DNA of 64,000 nt from positions 71,550,001 to 71,614,000 of the forward strand of contig NC_087437.1 in assembly GCF_036321535.1 (NCBI RefSeq), given 5' to 3'. Shown piece by piece: positions 11,601-23,600 of this stretch (position 1 is its first letter; every line of letters starts with the position of its first letter). This DNA is from Camelus dromedarius. Taxonomy: Eukaryota. The notes below the pieces were generated by a model. That model did not search any database. It saw only the letters and a list, made by a program, of their open reading frames with translations, and had not been told where the DNA came from. Both the position numbers and the translations under genes were made by a program.

Positions 11601-14600
11601 GGCACTGAGCACACAGAGGAGTTATATTGTGGCCATGAAGGTGGATTTGTAACATTATTGGCTTTTTCACTCCCCCAACCCCATTTTTGGTGGGAGGGGA
11701 ATGAAAAAAAAACTTATAAGTAACTTTCAATTTATTACATCTCCAGAACATTCATTTTTAATGAATTATAAAGTTACTGCATGTGGATGTACTATCACCC
11801 TTCCTGTCTGGTTTTCTCTCCGTCCTTCAGTTGAATTTCTCATAAAAAACACTGCAACAATAAATGAGTACCTTCAGACATACTGTGTTTTTTTTTCTTT
11901 TTGCATTGAAGATTAATTTATTAGAATAGACTACTAGAAGTAGAATTATGTTAAAAATCAGCTTGACATGCAATATCAAATGTTTGCTAACTGTCTAATT
12001 CTGAAGTTCATTTTGGCTGGGGTTTGGCCTTAATTTGTTCCAAATTTCTATTCAGTTGTAACAGAAGACTTTATTCGGTAGCCCTTCTTTATCTCCTGGT
12101 TTTGAAAAGCTTGTTTTTAATAAATACACGCATACACCATGCACGCATATATAGTTGAATTTCTGTCCTCTTCATTCTGATTCACTAATTTATATTTCTA
12201 ATTTCAGATCAGTGCCTTTCTGTGGAGTTATTGTTTTATAATACGTTAGATTATCTGGTTAGGCTAGCTTGCACGATCCAATATGGTAGTCACGTGTGGC
12301 TATTTAAATAAAAATTAAAAATAAACTCAATTCTTCAGTCACATCACATTTCAAGTGCTCAATAGCCACAAGTGGCTAATAGCTGCTGTATCGGGCAGTA
12401 CAGTATAGGACACATCATTCCAGAAAGTTCTACTGGCTAATTCTGGGCCATCATTATCTACCTCTGCCCCTCCTTTCTTCTGTTAATCTTCTTTTGCAGA
12501 GACCATTGGAAATTTTGTTTTACTAGGCAAATAATTTCAAAATAAAATCCTATTAATTCCATTTCTAAATCTAAATTTCCACATTAGCCTGAGAATTGAT
12601 ATCTTTACAATAATCATCTCACCCAGGGCATACTATCTCTTCATTTAGCTAAGTTTTCTTCTGTGTCTCCGAATGAGGAAATTAAATTTTCTGCAGAAAG
12701 ATTCTGCACATCTCTCAAAGCTTATTCCTAAGTATTTTTAATGTAAAGCTGTTATTAATGGACTCTTAATTTTTTATTCCAGCTGACTTTATTCTATATA
12801 ATATGGGAAATTTTACCCTCTCAGAATTTGAAATCTTCAGTATACCAAAAATTCTTGTATACCCTTCACTCAGATTTATCAGTTATTAGCATTTGGCCAC
12901 ATCTGTATTCTCTCTCTCATTCTGTCTCTGTGTATACATACATAAATACACATATCTATTCATACATCTCTATATATGAATACATACACACACCACTGTT
13001 CTTCAGGACTGTGTGAGAGTGAGTTTTAAAATAACATCCAAGGTTCATATTAGATCACTCCATCTCTTGTAATGTTCATGGGAAACTGAGGATGGAGAAA
13101 CTGAGGGAGGTAACCGCCCACCAGGCAATCACAGTACTAGTGACTATTGTGCCTCATTCACTCCCACAGGTTTTGGTGTCCCACAGAGCTCCTGTCTAAG
13201 AAGAAAGAGGCTGTCCACCTTGTCTTTTGAACAGACTGTGGGTTTGATTTTAGGGCTGTAAGAAGCAGGGGCAAGACAGGTGATTCTGACCCGGTTACTG
13301 TATCTCCTACCTGCACCCTGTCTTACAGAGTTACCAGGACTGTCGGGTCTGCCCTGAAAGGGTGATCAGGAGAGCATCGCAGGTGACCACGGCCAGGCAT
13401 CACCCATCTCGACTTGTCCCCGAGTAAAGGACAATCCTTCACAGGTATGGACCTTCCCCAAGGGAATCCCTGAGGTGACAACATTGTGGGAGGTTTCTTC
13501 CACAAGCATATGACCCCCGAATAAGATTTGAATTCTCATAACTTGATTCTGGCTTCCCTGATGGTGTGCCTCCTTCTTCTTATCTGATGTCTCAAAGGGG
13601 GGAGGAGCAGGGAGTCATCTTTCTAGCAAAGGCCACTGACCCAGAGGAGCCTATCAGCTAAGAACCACTAAGAAAAGCAGCTAAACTTATTTTTTGAGGG
13701 ATCAGTAAAATATCACTCATTCACATTTTAAAGTTGTGAATAAGTTGCAAAAAGTAGATACAGGAAATACAGCTGGCAAAAATATACTTCTGTTGCACTG
13801 TTCTACTTTTGAGGTCATTTGAGGAAACAAGGCCAAGGTGATAATGAGGGGAAAAAAGGAAGAAGAATGATATAGGTGGATTAGGAAGACAGAACCAGAG
13901 GGAAAGAAAGAAATAGGAAAGACTTACGCACACACCTAGTAAGGAAGAGAAATGCCTATTAGGTAGCCTTTATGGAAAGTTCCAAAAAAGACTTTAAAAC
14001 TGTTGCAATTTTGCAACTGCTGGCATAATTCATCTCTCTCTCTATATATATGTGTGTGTCTATGTGCATATATATTCAATCTAATTTATCCACATAGAAC
14101 AAATTTGACATTTGTCTTATTGAACAATTGAACTCAAGGCATCAATGAGTTGAACTCAGTGGGTTAAGAGAGGCCCTTCTGGTGCACAACAGTTTCCTAG
14201 TACATTCTTTGTGGGAGGAAAATAGCTTTCTTTCAAGTCTCTAGAACAAGCACAGTCCTATGCTCTCCTGAATTTCAGATTTCTTTATAAAAATGGCAGC
14301 CAAGGAGAGCTAAACCACAATGTTACAGAGAAACATGTTTTCCTAAGACTACTTACAAGGACCAGTTAACCAGATTGCCCACGACGAGCAACACCATTCT
14401 GTCCTGGAAAGGAGGAAAGAAGGCATCAAATGAGAAGCTGCAAACTCTGCTTTCTTAAAACTTGCTGTAGGGGAAGCATCAAATATGGGAAAACAATCGC
14501 CTTAGTGAAAAAAATCTTTTCTGTGGTTTGAAGAGGGCTGCACCTATGGTGGGACACTCATCCTCTGCGAGGACTAAATGGCAAAGCCTCTGACTGCAAA

Positions 14601-17600
14601 CAGATGGGACGTCACCAGGGCCCACCTCTCGGTGTGTGCTGAGTACTCAGGAGTTAAGAGAATTCTACCACTAGTATTGCGTAACCAAGGACTCTTCCCC
14701 TGCGTTGTGTTAGCTGGTGGGCTCTAAGGCAGCTCTTGGGACTGACCTGTAATTAATTAGTTTCCCACCCCTTACTCTCCAAGGAGGCCCTTCAGCTCCC
14801 GGGCTCCTGGATTCTAAACACATGGCCTTAAGATTAAAGTTGTTGGTAGGGGAGAAAATAGAGAGGAAAGGTCTGTCTCTAAGAACAGTTCCTCTGGTGT
14901 GCTTTACTCACAATCTGTTCCTGCTCCTTCATCTACTACTTACAGCTTTTAGGAGCTACCTGATTATGCTTTAATTTGCATGGCCACTCATCTATTTAAA
15001 AGTAGGGATTCTCTTTATGGGTGATCCATTAAATTTGGAGGAAATAACTTCATTTAAAAAAAAATTCACCTCTTAGAAAGGCTAAAATCCAAAATACTAA
15101 TAACACCAATTGGTGGCGAGCAACAGGAATTCTTATTCATGGCTTATGGGGATGTGAAATAGTCCAACCATTCTGGAAGACAGTATGGCAGTTTCCTAGA
15201 AAACTAAACATACTTTGACCATAGGATCCAGCAGTCGTGTTCCTTGGTATTTGCTGAAAGGAGTTGAAAACATATGCCTACACAAAAACCTGAGCATATT
15301 TTTTTTTATAGCGGGTTTACTCATAATTGCCAAAACTTGGAAGCAACCAAAATATCCTTCAGTAGGCGAATAAATAAATAAACTGTGGGACATTCAGACA
15401 ATAGAATATTAGTACCAAAAAGAAATGAGCTGTCCAGCCATGAAAAGACATGGAGAAAAAGTAAGTGCATATTAAGTGAAAGAAGCCAATCTGAAAAGGC
15501 TACATACTATATTATTCTGGAAAAGGTAAGACAAAAGAGAAAGTAAAAAGATCAGTGGTTGCCAGGGGTTGGTGGGGCGAGGAGTGTGGAAGAGCAGGTG
15601 GAGCACTGAGGAGTTTCAGGGCAGGAAACGACTTTGATGCTCTAATGATGGATACAGGTCATTACAAACTTGTCACAACTCAGAGACTGTACAAAATCAA
15701 GAGTGAACTGTAATGTAAACTATGAACTTTGATTATGACGTGTTACCATAGGTTCATTGACTGCAACAAATGTGTCTCTCTGGTGGGCGATGTTGATAAT
15801 TGGAGAGGCTGTGCCTGTGTGGGGGAGGGGGTATATGGGAAATCTCTGCATTCTCCAAAACACTAAAAACTTTAAAAATGCTCTAATAATAGTCTATTAA
15901 AAAAAAATAAAGACAGCCTGCATCAATTCATGTAAAAATCCCAAACCACTAGTTGCCCCTCGTGGTTCACAGCTAAGGCACACTTATCTCTAAGAATACG
16001 GGTCCTAATGGGCTTTTAAATTCTCACCTGAGTAAAACCTGCCAGCCTCAATTCTCTCAAGATTTAGTGCCCACAGCTCCTGCCTAGGCTCTCGAGGGCT
16101 GAAACATCCCCACATACCTTTCTGTAAAAATCCTTCTGACTATAAACATTATATGCCAGGCCCAAATGGCATCACTAGTTCTGACCACAGCGCTGTGTAG
16201 GGGTTGGAGCAGTGGCTCAGAGGAGGTATGTAGCCTTCCCAAGGCCGATGGCCAGCACGCCATGGCAGCTGGGACCAGAGCCCTGATCCCTCTGCTTAGG
16301 GTAGAAATGTGTAGTATACTGAAAACCACAAGATAGACTTTTTAAAAGTGTATTTCCACCATCAAGCAATAACTACAATTTTGAAAAAGCATTCTTTTTT
16401 TAATTGTAAGTACTGGGAATTGAACCCAGGACCTCATGCACGTTAAGCATGCGCTCTACCACTGAGCTATACCCCAACCTCTATAAATTTTTTCTTTTTT
16501 TTTTCATTTTTATTGGTGAAAAAATTCTTGCTTACTGTAAAAATCAAACAATGTATAAAAAGCAAACACGTCTAATGTGGAAAGTGTAAGTTCTGATGAG
16601 AGTGATTGGAGAGATAGTTTGTCCCCAGTTTGCTTGGGACAGTCCAAGTGTCATTACTAATTGTGCCCTCTTTTTCACTTTGACAAATGAAATCTGCCTC
16701 TTTGGGAGTGATTCTGGGGACACCCTATCTTGATCCTCCCCCCCAGCAGTCATCACTGTCTAATAGTGTGTATATGTGTATTCTTTATATACTAGCAATT
16801 TTTCATGTATAAAAAGGGAACCATCCCAGCTTGCCTAGAGTGAGAAGGGTAAGCAAGACGCCTCTTCCCTCGCTAACTGGACCTCAGCCACCCTAGGCCA
16901 CCTGCCCCTCTTGGTTTAGGGAGCCTTGAGTAACTGCCCCGAGCCTGCCCCTCCTGCAGGGAGCACGGGGACACGCACGTACCGTGTACAGAGGCCGGCT
17001 GCACTGCTGGAGGCAGTCCGTGTAGAACACCATAGCGGCACGCCGAAAGATCCCCAAATCTGCCGATGACACAGTCGCATGGTAAGAAGGATTAATCAGA
17101 GAGAATACAAAACACTCCCCTATGGCCCAAGCAGGACGATACTGTCTTCACCTCAGAAAAACAGTGCTTTGCATCTGAGAGGTTGGCAATAAATGTTTGT
17201 TTTAAACAATGGCGCCCACAACCACCTGTGCTTCCACGGCTGCGTGCCGTGTCTGCACAGAAAGGCAGGCAAGGTCCACACGAGTAACAGGCAATCACAA
17301 GGCGCCTGGGCAGCTGGCCAGCTCTCCTACGGCTTCCAGTTCTCCTCTGTTTATAGTTTACTCTGGTGGTGCTTTGTTCACAGCAGAGATGTTATGGGGC
17401 CTCTCAAAAGTCACCTTAAAACATCTGCTGACTCTAGACCATGGGAAATCTTAGCTTGCAAAAATTCTAACATATTTCTCAGTGTGGTTATAAGTCAGGA
17501 TTGAACCAGGGGATACTGGGATCTACTAAGTATGTTCTAAGAAAGCCTGAATGTGTATTGAAACAATAACTAAAGGAACATAAGTTAAGATGGGAGAGAA

Positions 17601-20600
17601 AAAGACAGGAAAGATTTTTTAATGCAATCCTTCAAAAGGATGGAATAAAAAACAGTGAGGGTGCAGGTTATAACTGTTACATGGACAGGGTCAGGGGCCA
17701 GGTGGGGCTGTCACTTTGTGAGCCATCCACATGTGGATGTCACAGGCAAGGCTGGGGGCTGCCAAAGCAAGGATTTCAGTGAGCGTGGACCCCAGCTCTG
17801 TTGTGAATGCTGCTATTCTTCAAGGCTACCCCTGGGGTCAGTTTAACCCAGATAGATACGGTGAGGGAGGAAGGAGGGAGGGCTGTATCCATGCAACAGC
17901 CCAGAAGAGGTGCACTGCAGGCTGGATTGGAGTGCTTCCCTGCCTCTGAGCCTCTCTCTGCACCCCCTTCCCACCAAGTCCTGCCCAATCTGGAAGGGGG
18001 TATTTAGGGAGCAGAGTTGGCGGGTCAGCTGGGCAGGTTGCTTCTTTAAGAGAAAAATCTAGAAAACCCTGGGGAGGGTGGCTGAACGTTACCTGTGTCA
18101 GACCCATCTGAATCAGTGGTAAGCAGAGAAATAAGGGGAAAAAAAGAAAAAAAGATTTGTAAGAAGCCAAACAGGTAAACTACTGGTCATTTTATTTTTC
18201 TCTCAAAACAGATGACTTTAATCTTGTTTGCTCATCATAAAGAACATAGACTCTTTCTGCCTGTCTCAAACATTCAGAAGTTCACTATTCTTCAAAGTGC
18301 AAATCAGACTTTTCTCTCTTCCTGATACTTCTGTGCACCACTGGCGACTTACAATCCATCCTCTCCCTGTGGTCCTTTTCTGGAAGCAAGGGACACAATA
18401 GTGATCAGGGCAAGTGGCTCTACAGTTTTCTGTCGTACTTAAGAAATGCTCCGCCTCATTGCTGCTGCCTTTTCTGTGTCCACCCTTACTTTCAAGTGTG
18501 ACCCAAGGGCCACAGAGAAAGGAGTCTGTGATTTAAGAAAGCAAAGGCAGCTTATGAAATGGGCGGAGAGGTTGGTGTTGCCTGAACAACTGTCCACTAA
18601 CTCAGCTTCCTGCCTTTGGACTAAATGTAGGTGCAATCATCAAGATGAAATAGCAGGTTTTCCTTTTGACTCTGGTAAATCTGTAACCACTTGGGGAAGA
18701 TTCCCTAAGTGCAGAAATTTAAAACAGTTAAGTTGTGCAAGGGCTATTTTCCCTTTACCCCTACAGACCCACTGCCATGTCTCTCTGTCCTCACCACGCC
18801 CGGGGAGGCTGATTGTAGGGACCATTCAGTGGGTCTCCCACTGCCCATAGATTTGGACAATGAGAAACCCCAGCAGGAGACTGGAGGGACAGAGGAAGGC
18901 GAATGAGCTCAAAGTATTATCCGCCCACTGCCCTCCCTGTGAGGTTGCCTGTCTGTCAACCAAACCGCTGCTCCTTTCCTAGAGACTTCCTCTCCACGAT
19001 GCCCTCCTTCCACGTTTTGGTAGCTACTTTCTCCATGACCTTTCGGGCTTGTGAACAGTAAAGCTGCTCTGCTTCTGGCCCCAGCTTACTTACTGTGCTC
19101 TTCCTCCCACTCTTCTCTGCCCCACCCCTGTCTTCATGAAGAGTCCTTCTGCTCAGTCTTCGTGTGACATCTTTTTCTGGTGAGGACCCTGACAAACTGT
19201 CACATGGTTATAATAGACTACAATAAATTTCTCCTTTTTAAAAAGGTAAATGAATTCAGTGTTGTAAAATTGCATGGGGCAAAGGTGGTATAAATGTATT
19301 AAAAGCTTCTCTATGTATTAATGGTCACAATCACTACATATATCTGTTTTCAAGTTTATTTTTCCAAATCAGAGAACCTAGAAAAACAGTGCTCATATAA
19401 TTTTCCTTATGAGAGTTTAGTTTGTATGACTGAGGGAAGTCATACAAACTAAACTCTCAGTATGGAGACAAACTCTTCAGTGGGGAGGATTGGGCATGCG
19501 CTGGGCGCTGTACCAAATGTTCTACACAACTGTCTGTTGATGCTTCCACTGGGGCATTTGGAGGTGGACTGGCTTTGTAATGCCAAGAGTAAATCTACTG
19601 ACCATGCCAAAGGGGAAAACCAAACTGCCAACATGAGAGATTATTTTATTTGGTCCTACTCTTAAAGCCACTTGTTTAAGTAGAGTTAGTCACTCTTAGA
19701 TCTGGGCAAGAGGGGTGCCATATTTTAAAGGCCTCCATTCCCCAGTGAATGACGAGTCTGTGGGGCAAAGGGACTGCTCCTTCTCCTCCCAGGCCACATT
19801 CTGAGTTCTTGGACCCCAGAATTCCCTGCTCTGATGGTCTGAGCCTACTCTCAAAGCCTGCACAGCCCCGTTCCCTGGTTTATCTTCCTGAGGGCAGGTG
19901 GCACGACTTGAGTATGCACCACTAGGGGCAAGGAGACCCCTTAGATGCAGGACAGAGCCAGAGGCAGGAAGGAAAGAGGGGCAGGGGCTGGGGACCAGCT
20001 CTCCTGTACAGCTATGTTCTGGACTGTTCTTCCACGGACCTAAGAATTTAAAATTTGAACCTGTACCTTCTAGGTTGTAATGAAAGTATATTTATCAGTT
20101 GGTTTTCCAGTCTGCTTTAGAGCTTAAAAGTATATATACATAGTGTGTGTACTTCTTTTTACAGTCTTGCTCTGGGCTCTGAAATATTAGGGATGGGCCT
20201 ATGTTTATATTATAATGGTTTTTCTTGAAATACACAAATGAATTTTCAGTCTGACTTCCTGGACCTTAAAATGACTGGTGAAATTTAAATGCTCTAAAAA
20301 GACTTGAACCTGCTCCTGTGTATGATGGCTGACCAACAGCAGATAAGAAGCTGGTTTCTGTAGAATACTTGGTGTTCTAATGTGATACGTCCACATTGTC
20401 AGCATTCTGCAGGTGTCCAGCCTCTAAGACTGACAAATTGGCCTCAAAAAGTTCCAGTTCCCAAGTTTGAAAGTGATATATAATTCAGTCTTGATAACCA
20501 TTTAGCCTGGTTAGAGAAATCCTCCTTTTAAATGCTAAAAATGAAAAATATTCTTCCAGATAGAATGAGTGGTGTGATGATATACCATTCTGCAAACACA

Positions 20601-23600
20601 CTTTCGAGGTTTGATGAATTGTAAAGCCTTTGGGACTTGGGGCTGGAGGCATGCCCCCACTCTGAGGTATACCAAGCTCAGTTTGTCGGCTGAAGTTACA
20701 ACTAGTGATAACAGCTTATTGCAATCCTATGCAGGACGGGAAGCTCTTGAAGAGAATTCGTGCTATTAAACACACACGGAATTCGAAGCACGTGCTCACA
20801 GTGACCAGTAACACTTCGGTTTAGGATAAATGAAGACAATTCTTTCTCAGGGTAAGTTGATCAGCGTGTTTCATGTAAAGTAACAGGTGACTCACCTATC
20901 TTGAAACGCCCCATGTAGTAGATCTGGGTGCTGAGGGCCAGAGAAGCCAGAATATGGATTGCGGAGAAGATGATCCAGAACCAGATGTCATTTTTCCCAA
21001 ACACCTAGGAGTAAAGATGGAAGTTACTTTCATCTGCGTTTGTCTCCAGAGAGCCCGCTGAAATTGTTCCGTCTCTTGTGTATGCAGAAGGAGTCAAAAT
21101 CCAAGCTGTGTGTGCATTTTGGGTTTTCCCCTTGCTCTTAGCTCATGGAGATCTTATTGCACCTGGGTCAGAATAATGGCTACCTGACCAAAGAAAATGG
21201 GAAAGAGAAGAAATAGGCGAGGCAGCTGAACAGTAGGTGAAGAGGCGACAGGTCTAAAGTTGGGGCCTGATGCTCTTCAAGTAACAGAAGACAACTAAAA
21301 GTTGTCCACACACGTTTAGGAAGTGTTTTCTGTTCTTTCAAGTCAAACTCTGTTCCAAGACCCTGTACATCTCTATTCCAGCCTCACTGAGTTAGGTCCC
21401 AGCTTTATATTAGCACTGTCCGGGGGCAGTATTCCAGGTGCCTGTTACATTATTAAAAATAGTAGCTAAAGGTGGTTGGTGGGTATAGCTCAGTGGTAGA
21501 GTGCATGCTTAGTATGCACAAGCTCCTGGGTTCAAGTCCCACTACCTCTATTAAAAAAAATGCTAGCTAAACAACGCAGTGCCGCGAACGGACCAGTGAT
21601 GAGAGTCTGTCACGAGTCAAGGATTATGACTAATGCAAACCTGTCCGCCTGAGGGCCAAAAAAACAACCAACAACCTCTCAGGAGGGTACTTTCTGAAAG
21701 CCGGGCTGGGAGGGACGCACCACTCCGAGGACGGTGAGCGTGATGACCGCCGCGAAGGAGGCATAGGCGGCGTAGGCGCTGGCGTTGATATCCGGGTGGC
21801 GCGTCTGGTAGAGCTTCAGCATGCACAGGCCGGCGATCATGTACATGAAGGAGGTGTCTGAGGAGAAGCCAGAGGGTCATTTCCCTTCAGCCTCAGAGAA
21901 CCCTCTCCCTTCAGGCCTTGGAGTACGTGCTGCCCTCAGACAGAGTGGGGACCTCCACACGCCAGCCTCTCTAGGCAAACCCCACACACTCCGCTGCTAC
22001 CCGCCTCCAAGGGGTGTTCCTGGTTCGCAGAAGAGTGTCAGGTGATTTGATGGATAATAGACTATCCCTACTTGCAGGGGGTTTGTGTACAAGTGCTGCT
22101 GTTCAGGCAGCACAACAAAAGGACCCCTAATGATGACAGGGCAATGTGACGCCTAGGTGGGCGTCGGAGGTCCGTCTCAGCATCCTGAAATAGAACCACA
22201 CGGGTTACTGCTAGTACATACAGTTTTCTAGCCTAGGGATGGAAAACAGCTGGAAGTTAAATGTGGCTTAGCTGCATGAGGGTTAGGGAAATGCGAACTA
22301 AAACAACAATGCAATGTCCCGTGTTACTCAAAAATGTAGCAGAACACTTAAAAGTCTAACAGTAACACCTTAGTGATGATGTGGGGGAATTGGAAACTTT
22401 CACTTGGAGTGGGAATTAATTTTCTGGAGAGAAACTTGGCAGTTTTTGGTAAAACGGAAGATGCATAAGCCAGGTGATCCCCAAATTCTACCTCTGGGTG
22501 TCCCAGGGAACCTCCTCTCACATGTGTACAGAGACATAGATGAAGATACTCACTGCAGCACTGTCTGTACCAGCAAAATATTGCAACATCTAAGTATTGC
22601 TCAACAGAGGAAATGATAAATGCGGTATATTTTTATCACAGAATGACAATCTTTAAATATGAATGAACTGGATATCCATGATTCAATATTAATAAATCTT
22701 AGGACATATTGTTGAATGAAAAAAGGATGCAGAACACTGTGATAAATTATTAAGTTGTTACAAATGTAGAAAAAGTACAAAAGCAAACTGGAAGGATAGA
22801 TATCAAATTAATCATAGTCGTTGCGTCTGGGAGAGAGAGAGAGGATTAAGTTTAGAAGGCAGTTCAGAACAGGACCTCAACTTTACACAACATTTTATTC
22901 CTTAAAAAATTAGATTTAAGGCAGATATTTTAAAGCGTTGGCATTTGTTCATTCTGAGTGGTGAAAGATGCTGTTCTCTATGGTTTTCTCTATTACAATT
23001 GTTTTCTCATTTAAAAAAATTAAAATGTGACAGAATTTCAGTGGTGTTCTGAGTTAACAGCGAGGGGCTAGAGGACAAACACAAAATGACTTTTTAAAAT
23101 CCTCTTCCTCGAGTGTGGAGGACATTGTTAATTGCCTTCTACCAGCGTTAGCTGTTCCCTTCCTCCCTCCTAATAGCATCTCATTACGAACTCAAATATC
23201 TTAGTCCATTTTCTGCTCAGAAATGCACACCCTCTCAGCCCACTTGCATCGGTAACCGCACCCCTGGTTCCAGAGATGGGTCTCATTGGTCTAAAGGTAA
23301 CCCCACCTCCTTTGCCGCAGTGATTGGTATAGCTGCCCAGTCCTGAGCTAACCAGCACACAGAGAATGGTTTTGGAGGGGCTTATAACTGTGTAAGGTGT
23401 GAGGGGCTGTTATCTGGGGGTTTTTGGAGAAGAAGTTTCCTTGCTCTCCAGTGAAGCCTGTTGGAAATCAGCTGGCTCCTTCCTCTACACATCGTAGTGG
23501 GGAGGTAGGAAGCCAAGACCTGATGTAGCCATTTTTGCCACCATGAGGGAAGACAGCCTGAGGATAAAATCAGCATGCAGGCTGGGCACAACCAAGGGAT

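Noticed and set aside
11115..11612. 165-aa ORF as a stand-alone gene
   Set aside because: It is SIDT1 exons 22 and 23 joined through an in-frame intron and running on into intron 23.
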